Counted from the first letter of the whole stretch, positions 49,698 to 62,290 are shown. The stretch is 63,346 nucleotides of DNA, filler included, from Octopus bimaculoides (GCF_001194135.2; 6 parts of 6 records of this genome joined end to end with filler, not necessarily neighbours in it), one strand, 5' to 3'. A program made the numbers and translations. Notes: generated from the sequence alone by a model not told the origin.

Positions 49698-51509
49698 ACC
49701 AGCAAGGTGAGGGTTGGCAACAAGTACAGTGAAGAATTCCGGGTAGAGGTAGGGGTCCAACAAGGTTCAGTCCTCAACCCCCTCCTATTTATCATAGTCC
49801 TCCAGGCGATAACAGAAGGATTCAAGACAGGATGCCCCTGGGAGCTCCTCTATGCTGATGACCTTGCACTAATTGCTGAGTCACTATCAGAACTAGAGGA
49901 GAAGTTTCAGGTGTGGAAGCAAGGACTAGAATCGAAGGGCCTTAGAGTCAACCTAGCTAAAACCAAAGTCCTAATAAGTAGGAAGGCAGACAAAACACAA
50001 ACCCCTTCGGGTAGATGGCCCTGCTTGATCTGTAGAAAAGACATAGGTAGAAACTCTATAAGATGTACCCAGTGCAAGCTGTGGACACATAAGAGGTGCA
50101 GCAATATCAAAGGAAGGTTAACTAGAAAGTTAGTTTTTGTATGTGGCAGATGTCCAGGAACAATAAACACTGAAAATGTGCAGAAAACAACTTCTGTCAC
50201 ATTCCAGAGAGAAAAACTAGACGTAGTTGATAGCTTTTGCTATCTGGGTGACCAAGTTAGTAGTGGAGGAGGGTGTGCTGAAAGTGTAGCTGCTAGAATA
50301 AGAATAGCCTGGGCAAAGTTCAGAGAGCTCTTACCTCTGTTGGTGACAAAGGGCCTCTCTCTCAGAGTAAAAGGCAAACTGTATGACGCATGTGTACAAA
50401 CAGCCATGCTACATGGCAGTGAAACATGGGCCATGACTGCTGAGGACATGCATCAGCTCACAAGGAATGAAACCAGTATGCTCCGATAGATGTGTAATGT
50501 CAGTGTGCATACTCGACAGAGTGTAAGTACCTTGAGAGAAAAGTTGAACCTAAGAAGCATCAGTTGTGGTGTGCAAGAGAGACGATTGCACTGGTATGGT
50601 CATGTGGCGAGAATGGATGAGGATAGCTGTGTGAAAAAGTGCCACACTCTAGCAGTTAAGGGAACCTATGGAAGAGGTAGGCCCAGGAAGACCTGGGATG
50701 AGGCAATGACTTGTGATCGAGACCTTTGGAAATATGCTGTGCGTGAGAAGACCCGGCAAGCCAAATGAGACCAAAATCCAAGGCCTCTGCCAGGGATGTA
50801 GCCAGCCCACTTTATGCGTTCCTTTCCTTCATTGGACACTAAACTCCGCTTGCGAAAACCTGTTGAGGCAAGTGAAATCGAAATCGAACTAAATTTGATG
50901 ACTAGCACCCATGCCAACGTCTCCTGATTGAACACTAAACTTGGCTTGCGAAGACCTGTTGGGGCAAGTGAAAGCAAAATCGTGATGGCACCTCTACCAG
51001 TGGAGCACTAAGAGCACCGTTCGAGCATGATCGTTGCCAGAGCAGCTGTCTGGCTTCTGTACCGGTGGCACATAAACAGCACCATTTGAGCGTGATTGTT
51101 ACCAGCGTCGCCTTCCTGGCACTTGTGCCGATAGCACGTGAAAAGACATTCGAGCGAGATCGTTGCCAGTGCCGCTGGANNNNNNNNNNTGCCGATAGCA
51201 CGTGAAAAGACATTCGAGCGAGATCGTTGCCAGTGCCGCTGGACTGGCTCCTGTGCAGGTGGCACATAAAATACACCATTTTGAGCATGACTGTCGCCAG
51301 TACCACCTGACTGGCCTTCGTGCCGGTGGCACATAAAAGCACCCACTACACTCTCGGAATGGTTGGCGTTAGGAAGGGCATCCAGCTGTAGAAACTCTGC
51401 CTAATCAGATTGGAGCCTAGTGTAGCCACCTGGTTCACCAGTCCTCAGTCAAATCGTCCAACCCATGCTAGCATGGAAAGCGGACGTTAAACGATGATGA
51501 TGATGATGA

Positions 51510-51513
<4 letters not shown>
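49698..51513 (+). mobile_element. 5'-truncated RTE LINE with PHD finger in the RT, long repetitive 3' UTR and (GAT)n tail
   Basis: GVQQGSVLNPLLF, YADD at 49851-49862, C4HC3 at 50022-50153, F.YLG, ERRLHWYGHVARMDE, RGRPRKTW. One in-frame TAG (50487-50489), stop at 50768, tail ends at 51513. Confidence 0.93.
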
Positions 51514-51554
<41 letters not shown>

Positions 51555-51891
51555 TATATATATTTATGCTTGTATATATACCCCCCCCCCCNNNNNNNNN
51601 NNNNNNNNNNNNNNNNNNNNNNNNNNNNNNNNNNNNNNNNNNNNNNNNNNNNNNNNNNNNNNNNNNNNNNNNNNNNNNATACATACTTACATACATGCAT
51701 ACATACATAAATACATACTTACTTGCATATATACATATATACACACATAGTTGCATAGATACAATGATACATATAGAAACATATACACACATAGATACGC
51801 AAATATACATAAATACATATTGACTTATTTATATACCTGCATAGTCATACATAGATGCACAGTCATACATAGACATATAGTCATACATTCA

Positions 51892-51931
<40 letters not shown>

Positions 51932-52243
51932 TTGTGGGCTCTCCTGTCATAGATGACAGATGAGGAATCCACAATTTCTTACTGAACAACCTGCACAGAT
52001 AATTTGTTTATAGTGATCAAATATTTATGCAGTACATTAGCTCGTTCCTTCCATCAAATCGACATTTCCTGTACAGCTGTGTAGCATGCAACACATCACA
52101 TGTCTGAACGATCACAGAGCAACTTCAAATGAAATGTTTGGCTCGAAAACAATGCATCACCTTGCCCAAGGAATTGAAACCACAATCTTGCAAGTGTGAG
52201 TGCAGCACTTTACCACTAGGCCACACACATTCACTAATATATA

Positions 52244-52459
52244 CAAGAGAGTGGTGCTGGAAAGTTCCTGGCTTTGAGTAAAAGAAAATACAGGAGGATC
52301 AGTTAAATATGGTTTTATTCAACATATTCTCTCTCTCAGATTCACGCACTTTACTGCAGCGATCCTTCATTTTTTTTAAGCCCTGTAAAAGAAAAGGTTG
52401 GGCATCCAGCCAAGCCTTTCGCAATACCCTTAAACCAGGAACTTTTCAGCATTCCCTCG
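52244..52459. mobile_element. Complete mariner-derived MITE (~216 bp)
   Basis: TIR cores GTGCTGGAAAGTTCCTGGCTT / AAACCAGGAACTTTTCAGCAT with TA on both sides. A mariner C-terminal remnant (GLKKMKDRCSK) is on the minus strand. Confidence 0.8.
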
Positions 52460-52800
52460 TATATTTATATATATACAGTAATCCTTCACCATATTGTGGT
52501 TCATCTATTGTGGTCCAATATTTAAGCTTACATCAATTCTTCTGTGGTGTTATTTTGCATTTATAATAAAATAAATATATACAAATTATAAAAATAATTT
52601 AAAAAAATATACAGTACTGTTTCTACTTCGTGAATTTTCACCTATCATGGGGNNNNNNNNNNNNNNNNNNNNNNNNNNNNNNNNNNNNNNNNNNNNTTAA
52701 TTAATTAANNNNNNNNNNNNNNNNNNNNNNNNNNNNNNNNNNNNNNNNNNNNGATAAACATAAGCATCATACATTGACACCAAAATGCATTAAGATACAG

Positions 52801-52841
<41 letters not shown>

Positions 52842-52851
52842 CATACACAAA

Positions 52852-53081
52852 GGTGGCGAGCTGGCAGAAACGTTAGCATGTCCAGCGAAATGCCTGGCGG
52901 GATTTCGTCTGCCGTTACGTTCTGAGTTCAAATTCCGCCGAGGTCGACTTTGCCTTTCATCCTTTCGGGGTCGATAAATTAAGTACCAGTTACGCACTGG
53001 GGTCGATGTAATCGACTTAACCCCTTTGTCTGTCCTTGTTTGTTCCCTCTATGTTTAACCCCTTGTGGGCAATAAAGAAAT
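52852..53081 (+). mobile_element. Full-length SINE family B
   Basis: Near-identical to the 1193-1423 copy. Other copies near 565-790, 4205-4360, 5440-5630, 21810-21992, 24670-24860, 31370-31580, 40745-40945 and 41985-42155. Confidence 0.9.
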
Positions 53082-53274
53082 GAGGCATACATATTTGCAC
53101 GCGCACTACACAAACATATGATTAAAATGTTCTTTCTCTTTCTCTCATTCTGTGTCACATCCATATGTAAATATACATATACGGTCGCATTGATATATTC
53201 ATATGAATATCACGTTCATTGGTGAAGAAAATATGGTATACGTGTGTGTGTGGCGGAGTGTATGCACACACACA

Positions 53275-53311
<37 letters not shown>

Positions 53312-54309
53312 CTGTACCACATTTGACGCGTGATACATGGTACACCTGTTCAGACAACGTCGATTCGATAGAGAGAGTGAGCTAATGGGCTGCACGAACA
53401 TTTGTGCAGGTCTTTCGACAAAATCCTTAATGCTCATACCTCGTCTTCGACGGGAGATCAATGGGAGTCCTGCGTAGGATCAATGCAGGATGTGTCGAAA
53501 CGGTCGTTGTGAGAAATAATGTCTCCCGTATATTCCATTTTCTCTTTCTATCGTTTGTTTAATACTCAAAGTACATTGAGGATTTCCTGAAGTAGATCTA
53601 ATGAAAATTGTGTAATTACTGTAGATGGCACCAGGTGCCCATAGGCAGTGAAGGTACTTTATTGGCGTACTACCAGGAACATACCCAACACTTCAATATT
53701 ATATGTACAACTATATATAACGTCTGCTGTAGGATGGTAGGGGTTAGCTCCTCGGCTTGCAATATATACAGAATGCAGGCTGCTCTTATAACCAACAGGC
53801 GCAAGATCTGTCTGAGGTTAAAATGGTAGTAACATCTAACAGCCATATTGATATGGCGATGCGTGGCTGGTTGTGTAGTTAGAAGTTTGCTTACCAGCCA
53901 CATGGTTCCAGGCTACTATCTTCTACTATAGCCACGGGCCAGCCAAAATCGTATAAGTGGATTTTGTAGAAGGAAACTGAAAGAAGCCCATCGTATTTAT
54001 GTATACTATGCGTAAATGGGAACTTCGGTGTGTCGATCTGTCGTTTACCATCTTGCAGCCTACTGCAGTTAACTAATCTTGATGAAACTTTGCGTACATG
54101 TTAAACTAACAGTCAGTTCAATTATAGGCTAATTGGATTTCAATAAAACATCCATGGTGGGCCCCCTAGATGGCGGCTGGGCTATTATTTGATAAAATGG
54201 GAAGGATACGAAGAGTGTTAGTGTGAGGAATACGTAGCTTTAAAGAGATTGTGGGTAGGTAGCTTTTCTGCTGTCCATCGAAAAGAAACACTCACACAAA
54301 CATATATAT

Positions 54310-54340
<31 letters not shown>

Positions 54341-54861
54341 AACATACATACATACGTCTACTACACACCATTTTAAACTCGTGATTACCTGTGTGTACNN
54401 NNNNNNNNNNNNNNNNNNNNNNNNNNNNNNNNNNNNNNNNNNNNNNNNNNNNNNNNNNNNNNNNNNNNNNNNNNNNNNNNNNNNNNNNNNNNNNNNNNNN
54501 NNNNNNNNNNNNNNNNNNNNNNNNNNNNNNNNNNNNNNNNNNNNNNNNNNNNNNNNNNNNNNNNNNNNNNNNNNNNNNNNNNNNNNNNNNNNNNNNNNNN
54601 NNNNNNNNNNNNNNNNNNNNNNNNNNNNNNNNNNNNNNNNNNNNNNNNNNNNNNNNNNNNNNNNNNNNNNNNNNNNNNNNNNNNNNNNNNNNNNNNNNNN
54701 NNNNNNNNNNNNNNNNNNNNNNNNNNNNNNNNNNNNNNNNNNNNNNNNNNNNNNNNNNNNNNNNNNNNNNNNNNNNNNNNNNNNNNNNNNNNNNNNNNNN
54801 NNNNNNNNNNNNNNNNNNNNNNNNNNNNNNNNNNNNNNNNNNNNNNNNNNNNNNNNNNNNN

Positions 54862-55175
54862 TGTGAGTGTTTATTGAGCGAAAACACCTAAAGCTCCACG
54901 AGGCTCAGGCAGGGGATGGTGGCGAACCCTGCTGTACTCTTCCACCACAACTTTCTCTCACTCTTACTTCCTGTTTCTGTTGTGCCTGTAGTTCGAAGGG
55001 CCGGCCTTGTCACACTCTGTCACGCTGAATATCCCCAAGAACAACATTAAGAGTACACGTGTCTGTGGAGTGCTCAGCCACTTGCACTTTAATTTCACGA
55101 GCAGGCTGTTCCGTTGATCGGATCAACTGGAACCCTCGTCGTCGTAAACGACGGAGTGCCAACACAACAACAACA
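54862..55175 (+). mobile_element. SINE family C (5' part in gap)
   Basis: Same body and GACGGAGTGCCAACA(CAA)n tail as the other family C copies. Confidence 0.85.
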
Positions 55176-55660
55176 ATGTATACATAAATGCAGACATCAC
55201 ACACATACACACACATTTTTTTTGTATATTGTAATTAATCTGAAAAGAAAATACGTAAGATAATTTAATAAGTTAATAAATGGGTTTCCTGCCAAGAATT
55301 TTTAATTAATTAACGCAGCAAATGTAACATAATGTTTAGAACATCGGCAAAAATATGTCTTGTCTTTATTTTTTCCGACACTTCATATTTTTTTGTTTAA
55401 GTCGATAAAATGCTGTCCCAATCAAACGCGTGGTGAATCGTAACGTTTAGCTCCATTTCCTCATAATTACTGGTCTCGTGTCTTAATCTGAAATAATTAT
55501 CAATTATAAAAATATGTCTACCATTTTAATGTAGAGAAACCATAACGCCATTTTGAAAGTTTAGAAATAGGCTTTGGTGATGATTATCACTCATACAAAT
55601 CTTGATCAGTCGGTCTAACTCTGGTAATGTATAAACGGAACAAGGCTTGATTTAATACCT

Positions 55661-55817
55661 TTTATCTTTCACTTATTTCAATCATTAGACTGTAGTCATG
55701 CTGGGGCACCATCTCATCGACTTAAATTGTGTCAACCCCAGGACTATTTCGTTTAAGCTTGTTACTTCTTCTATCGTCTCTATTGCCGAACCGCTAGGTT
55801 ACGCGGACGTAAACAAA

Positions 55818-55861
<44 letters not shown>

Positions 55862-56014
55862 ACGGCTTCTTTCAGTTTCCGTCTAACAAATCCATTCGGA
55901 AGGCTTTGGCGGCCCGAGACTATAGTAGAAGATACCTGAGCCAAGGTGCCGCGTAGTAGGACTGAACCAGCAAACATGTGTTTGAGAAGCATGCTTCTTA
56001 CTACACAGCCATAC
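55661..56014 (-). mobile_element. SINE family A
   Basis: Both halves present around a (TA)n tract. Confidence 0.75.
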
Positions 56015-56828
56015 TTGTGGTCAGAAAGTGTTATGGGGAAGAATTAATGAATTATTGTTAATATAATTTTAACAATAGAGTATTTTTATTGGCCTGGTTA
56101 AGATAGGCGCACCAGACTTCTAAACATTAATACTGATTAATTCAACTACATATAGTTATATATATTTTAAATTTTAAATTGCACATGTACACACATATGT
56201 ATACAAACACACACAAACACATATACACACACACACACACTCACACACACACACACGCACACACACATACACACACACACACACACACACATATTCATAT
56301 ATATATTACACACATACGCATACGCCCCTACACATACAAACATAGACAAGCACGCACACACAGACACTCACACTCATACACAACCATGAAAGACGAGTAG
56401 AACTTGCGAATTCAGAGGATTGCGCGCCTATCACAGGAAGCTCCCCTTATGGACTCGGCTATCAGTTCACAGAGCAGTCATTTCGGCGAGGTAACGACTC
56501 TGTCTGCACGCCGTATGCAAATATTAATGCATAAATACATTCACTCTCACACACGCAGATGCATTGACTCAGACAGACAACATAGTCACACACACATATA
56601 TGTATAGGTACATATATGTAAATTTTGATGAATGAAATTTTATTACGCATGCATAAATATAAGAACATATAGATATGCATGGAAGTATATATATGTACAT
56701 ACATATACGTATATATACATGCATATATGTATACATATATATATATATGCATAGATAATACTTACATATATTTATATGTACGTACATGCATACATAAATC
56801 CATACGTACATACATATATATGTGTATA

Positions 56829-56861
<33 letters not shown>

Positions 56862-56987
56862 NNNNNNNNNNNNNNNNNNNNNNNNNNNNNNNNNNNNNNN
56901 NNNNNNNNNNNNNNNNNNNNNNNNNNNNNNNNNNNNNNNNNNNNNNNNNNNNNNNNNNNNNNNNNNNNNNNNNNNNNNNNNNNTATG

Positions 56988-57021
<34 letters not shown>

Positions 57022-57202
57022 AACAGGTATTTATGCGTGCATCTGTCAATATTCATGTGTATGGTCATGTGTATAGCCAATATGCATGTGTATACTCATA
57101 TATTTTGTGTGTGTGTGTGTGCCTGTGTACTTACACGTATACTCACATGCATACATACACACGTGTATAAGCTCATACACGCATGCACACATACTTTCAC
57201 AC

Positions 57203-57246
<44 letters not shown>

Positions 57247-58268
57247 TAATGATTACCAGTGATTAGAATGGCTTAAATAGCATGGCTTCGTAATGCAACT
57301 TTATCTAATCACCCTCGTTTCTTATCGCCTTAGGAACGTTTCAGCTTTTGACTCTTTATTTGCAAGTACAAACAAATACACGCACACACATATACACACG
57401 TACACACACACACACATATACACACGTACACACACGCACGTAAAGCCGGATAGGAAGAGAGAGAGAGGAGGAGAGAGTACGAACTATATTTCGATATGCG
57501 ACTGAAAATAGAGAGATAAAAAGAGAAATAAAAGAAGAAAGAAGAAGGAGTTCTTTGTGTTGCCTATATACTTTTCTCCTACAGTAATTGTATTGCAATT
57601 GGTATAGGTTATTATTGTTATTATTTACACTCTGAGTTCAACTACCGCTGGGGTTGAATTTGCGTTTCATTCTCTCCGGGTTGAAAACATAAATACCAGT
57701 CTTGCAGAGTGGTCCATGTAATCGACTAGAGCTCACCCAAAAACTACTGGCCTTGTGCCAAAATTTGTTGAAACACACACACACATATATATATGTGTGT
57801 ATATATATGTATATATATGTATATATATATATATATGTAGTACGGACGCTTGTGATTACACATACAACCGGATTACATACTTAAATATTGCTTGTACATG
57901 ATAGCGCAATGTACATTCCTATTTTTGTTAGAATATCAAGATATCTTCCTATTTCTCTGATCATGAAACCGATGGTAACCTTTAATTCACAAATAAATAA
58001 ATTTTATCGTACCAATGCGGTGTCGAAAAGTTATTTTCATCGTTCGATATTTACGTGTACATATGTGTGTTTGCGCGCGCGCGCGCGAAGTGTGTGCGTG
58101 TGCGTACATGTATGGATATTTATCCATGTATATATTTATATATGTATATGTATGTATTTATATATANNNNNNNNNNNNNNNNNNNNNNNNNNNNNNNNNN
58201 NNNNNNNNNNTTAATTAATTAANNNNNNNNNNNNNNNNNNNNNNNNNNNNNNNNNNNNNNNNNNNNGA

Positions 58269-58427
58269 GGTGGATGTAGAATTAGGAGTGGGTGTGGATG
58301 GGGGGGGGCGGAATTCAGTAGTGGTGGCGTTGGCGGTGGTGTGATGTCGGGCGAGGGAAGGCTTCAGGGCCTCCCCCCCCCACAAACCCCGCGGGTTATG
58401 GACGTTGATGATGTTTACTTTGAGTAA
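58269..58427 (+). CDS. Candidate terminal coding exon fragment of an unidentified gene
   Basis: GC-rich frame open from the gap edge to TAA, ending AEFSSGGVGGGVMSGEGRLQGLPPPQTPRVMDVDDVYFE*. No homology recognised. Confidence 0.25.
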   Translation, partial: GGCRIRSGCGWGGAEFSSGGVGGGVMSGEGRLQGLPPPQTPRVMDVDDVYFE

Positions 58428-59724
58428 TGAATTGTGGTGGTGGTTATATTTCAGACATGTCCATCCCGTCATTTATTCAGACATAGTGTATCTAGGAATA
58501 CATTATATTTCCTTTTTCAACGGAAACTTCCACGGGCGTTCGGTGACGTAAAACTCAGAATTGTTAAATATATTTTAAAACACATACAGAAGCATTTTGA
58601 AATATATATATATATATATATATACGACGGGCTTCTTTCAGTTTCCGCCTACCAAATCCGCTCACAAGGCACTTACCCAGCGTGTCACGCAGTGGGACTG
58701 AACCCGGAACCATGTGGGTGGGAAGCTAACTTCTTACCACACACATACATACATACATTAATGAGAGGGATAATGAGAGAAGAAGAAGAAGAAGAAGAAG
58801 AAGAAGAAGAAGCGGGGAATAAAAGCGGAGAAGTTAAAAGAAAGGGAAAAGATCAGAGATAGAGAAGAAGGTGGGGAATGGTGAGAGAGAGGGGAAGGGA
58901 GAGAGGGACATAGAGAAGCGCAAGGTAACAAAGAGAGGGGGAGTGGAGCAACCACCAAGAAGGATGAAGGGGAGGTAGAGTCATTGAAAGCCAATTTTAA
59001 TGGCGTCATTACAATAAAGATTGAAGTAGAAGTTAACAAGGAATAAATAGTTTGATGAACCTTTATTAGTTTCCTGTAGTGGCCCTTTATGTTAGGGAAC
59101 CGTTGGAGTTGGCCCCTTTATTTGTGTGTATTGGTGAGAGTGGAGGGAGTAAGTGTGACGAGAGTCGTCTGTCACAGTGAATAGATTCAACGAAGCAGAC
59201 GACAGTTGAAGGAGGAAGACCAAGACATGGACGACAGACATTCAGATCACATTTATACAGATTTGCTATACACACACACATACACACATGCGTAGATATA
59301 GACATTCGTTCATACACGCGCGCGCCGTAAATGTCTCACCTCTTCCATTCCCCCATCACCTGACCCCCCCCCCCCCTGGTCATTGAAGGAAAATGGAGAG
59401 AACTACTTCCGGTTGTCATATCTCCGTAAGTCACCTGACACCGTCGCTCTCCCGTCCATTGACTTTGGCAGATTAACGGATCTTGGGGAACATAAACTCT
59501 CTCTCACACACACACAGACTATACACACGCACATATATACACTCACACCCTACGTGCACAGACGCACACCATACACATATGCATACATCTGCATCTACAC
59601 ATACACACACACATATAAACATTCACAAACACACACAGATTCGTTAAACTCTGATTATATAATCAGATTATTTATTCAGTACAGTCCTCGATGTTTTGGC
59701 CAACCCTCGTGCGTTAATAAATAA

Positions 59725-59726
<2 letters not shown>

Positions 59727-59777
<51 letters not shown>

Positions 59778-60030
59778 GTCTCTGTGGCTAATGATATAAA
59801 ACATCTTTTATCGCCCTTGTTTTCTTGCCCGTGTAACACATAAATCTTTAACGCTCGTGTTGCGTGTAATTGTGCCTCATCTCCTGCCCACAGCTCAGGG
59901 GTACAATACGTTATTCAGCATAAGAACCATTCCAGGTACCGCAGCCATTTGGACGCTCCCTAATATATCTAATATGCCTAACATCTCCGATATTGCATCC
60001 AGATTCTTTGAAATTGTTCCTAGGGCACCG
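59727..60030 (-). mobile_element. R4/Dong-type (REL endonuclease) non-LTR 3' end in (TAA)n
   Basis: FGALGTISKNLDAISEMLGILDILGSVQMAAVPGMVLMLNNVL* matches the REL C-terminal GALGT..L....GT..IL..VL motif. The 3' UTR runs into (TAA)n. Confidence 0.75.
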
Positions 60031-60423
60031 AAACGGACAATGCTTAGCGACATTTCGTCCGCCATTTACGTTCTGAGTTCAAATTCCGCCGAGGTCGACT
60101 TTGCCTTTCGTCCTTTCGGGGTCGGTAAATTAAGTACCAGTTACGCACTAGGATCGCTATAATCGACTATCCCCTTCCCCCCCAAAGCATTTCAGGCCTT
60201 GTGCCTATAGTAGAAAGAATAATTATTACCAAAAGTGGCACGCCGGGCGGAATGCTTACCGGTATTTCGTCTGCCGCTACGTTCTGAGTTCAAATTCCGC
60301 CGAGGTCAACTTTCATCCTTCCAGGGTCGATTAAAAAAGTATCAGTTACGCACTGGGGTCAATGTAATCGACTTAATCCCTTCCCCCCAAAATTTGAGAC
60401 CTTGTGCTTCCAGTAGAAAGAAT
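60025..60423 (+). mobile_element. Two tandem SINE family B copies
   Basis: Two head-to-tail copies of GCTTA(G/C)CG..GAGTTCAAATTCCGCCGAGGTC..AAGTA(C/T)CAGTTACGCACT. Confidence 0.85.
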
Positions 60424-61576
60424 NNNNNNNNNNNNNNNNNNNNNNNNNNNNNNNNNNNNNNNNNNNNNNNNNNNNNNNNNNNNNNNNNNNNNNNNNNNNN
60501 NNNNNNNNNNNNNNNNNNNNNNNNNNNNNNNNNNNNNNNNNNNNNNNNNNNNNNNNNNNNNNNNNNNNNNNNNNNNNNNNNNNNNNNNNNNNNNNNNNNN
60601 NNNNNNNNNNNNNNNNNNNNNNNNNNNNNNNNNNNNNNNNNNNNNNNNNNNNNNNNNNNNNNNNNNNNNNNNNNNNNNNNNNNNNNNNNNNNNNNNNNNN
60701 NNNNNNNNNNNNNNNNNNNNNNNNNNNNNNNNNNNNNNNNNNNNNNNNNNNNNNNNNNNNNNNNNNNNNNNNNNNNNNNNNNNNNNNNNNNNNNNNNNNN
60801 NNNNNNNNNNNNNNNNNNNNNNNNNNNNNNNNNNNNNNNNNNNNNNNNNNNNNNNNNNNNNNNNNNNNNNNNNNNNNNNNNNNNNNNNNNNNNNNNNNNN
60901 NNNNNNNNNNNNNNNNNNNNNNNNNNNNNNNNNNNNNNNNNNNNNNNNNNNNNNGAGCGTAACACCCGCGATAGACGAGAGATTACTGTATATATATATA
61001 TATATATACAGCAGGCTTCTTTCAGTTTCCGCCTACCAAATCCAATCACAAAATATTGGTCGGCCCGAGTAGAAGATACTTCCCCGAGGTGCCATGCGAC
61101 TGGATTGAACTTGGAGCCATGTGGTTGGGAATCAAGCCTGTTGCCACACGGCCGTCCATAAACTACCGACCAGCAGTGTAGTTAGAGTGATAAATAAGTT
61201 GTTTTGCAGTAATCCCGTCGCTCCGAGTTCAAACACTGCCGGGATCAACTTTGTCGACAATTGTCCCTTCCAGACCATCGAAAGGGGACGCTAAAGTTCA
61301 TCTTCTCCCTTGGCACAGCTGCCCCGACATTAATACTAACAACAACAACAGCGACAACAACAACGACAAATGCTGCTGCTGCTACTGTTTTTGCTGTTGT
61401 TCTTATCTTGCATGTTGCAATTGTGCAATAAACACTTCTCGCCGCCCCCTCCACCAACACCATCCCGTCCACCGACCTACCCAAACACCCGCCACTGTCG
61501 CCTCCTCCAGCTCCATCATGGAGTGCGCCGGGAGCTGTCAGGGAGATTGGGGCAATAAAAATGTCTCAAATGTGTG

Positions 61577-61610
<34 letters not shown>

Positions 61611-62223
61611 NNNNNNNNNNNNNNNNNNNNNNNNNNNNNNNNNNNNNNNNNNNNNNNNNNNNNNNNNNNNNNNNNNNNNNNNNNNNNNNNNNNNNNNNNN
61701 NNNNNNNNNNNNNNNNNNNNNNNNNNNNNNNNNNNNNNNNNNNNNNNNNNNNNNNNNNNNNNNNNNNNNNNNNNNNNNNNNNNNNNNNNNNNNNNNNNNN
61801 NNNNNNNNNNNNNNNNNNNNNNNNNNNNNNNNNNNNNNNNNNNNNNNNNNNNNNNNNNNNNNNNNNNNNNNNNNNNNNNNNNNNNNNNNNNNNNNNNNNN
61901 NNNNNNNNNNNNNNNNNNNNNNNNNNNNNNNNNNNNNNNNNNNNNNNNNNNNNNNNNNNNNNNNNNNNNNNNNNNNNNNNNNNNNNNNNNNNNNNNNNNN
62001 NNNNNNNNNNNNNNNNNNNNNNNNNNNNNNNNNNNNNNNNNNNNNNNNNNNNNNNNNNNNNNNNNNNNNNNNNNNNNNNNNNNNNNNNNNNNNNNNNNNN
62101 NNNNNNNNNNNNNNNNNNNNNNNNNNNNNNNNNNNNNNNNNNNNNNNNNNNNNNNNNNNNNNNNNNNNNNNNNNNNNNNNNNNNNNNNNNTCAAAATCAC
62201 ACGAGTGAAGTCAGTTGGCCAAT

Positions 62224-62290
62224 ACTTCCGGCCGGAAACAAAGCCCTCCCTGCTTTCTTCCGCCGGAAGTGGCACTGCTATCCGCCATTA
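62224..62290. promoter_or_regulatory. Cluster of ETS-type motifs plus a YY1-like motif
   Basis: ACTTCCGG 62224-62231, palindrome TTCCGGCCGGAA 62226-62237, CCGGAAGTG 62263-62271, CCGCCATTA 62282-62290. Confidence 0.3.

Noticed and set aside
51127-51240. Exact ~50-bp duplication in the RTE 3' UTR
   Set aside because: It flanks an N gap and cannot be distinguished from a contig overlap.
51300-51420. Twister or HDV ribozyme in the RTE 3' terminal region
   Set aside because: I could not map the twister (UAA, CCCAAG/GGG) or HDV (P1.1, L3, J4/2) topology onto it.
61370-61558. ORF MLLLLLFLLLFLSC.. with a proline-rich tail
   Set aside because: The signal-like stretch derives from (CTG)/(TTG) repeats, and there is no splice or homology support.
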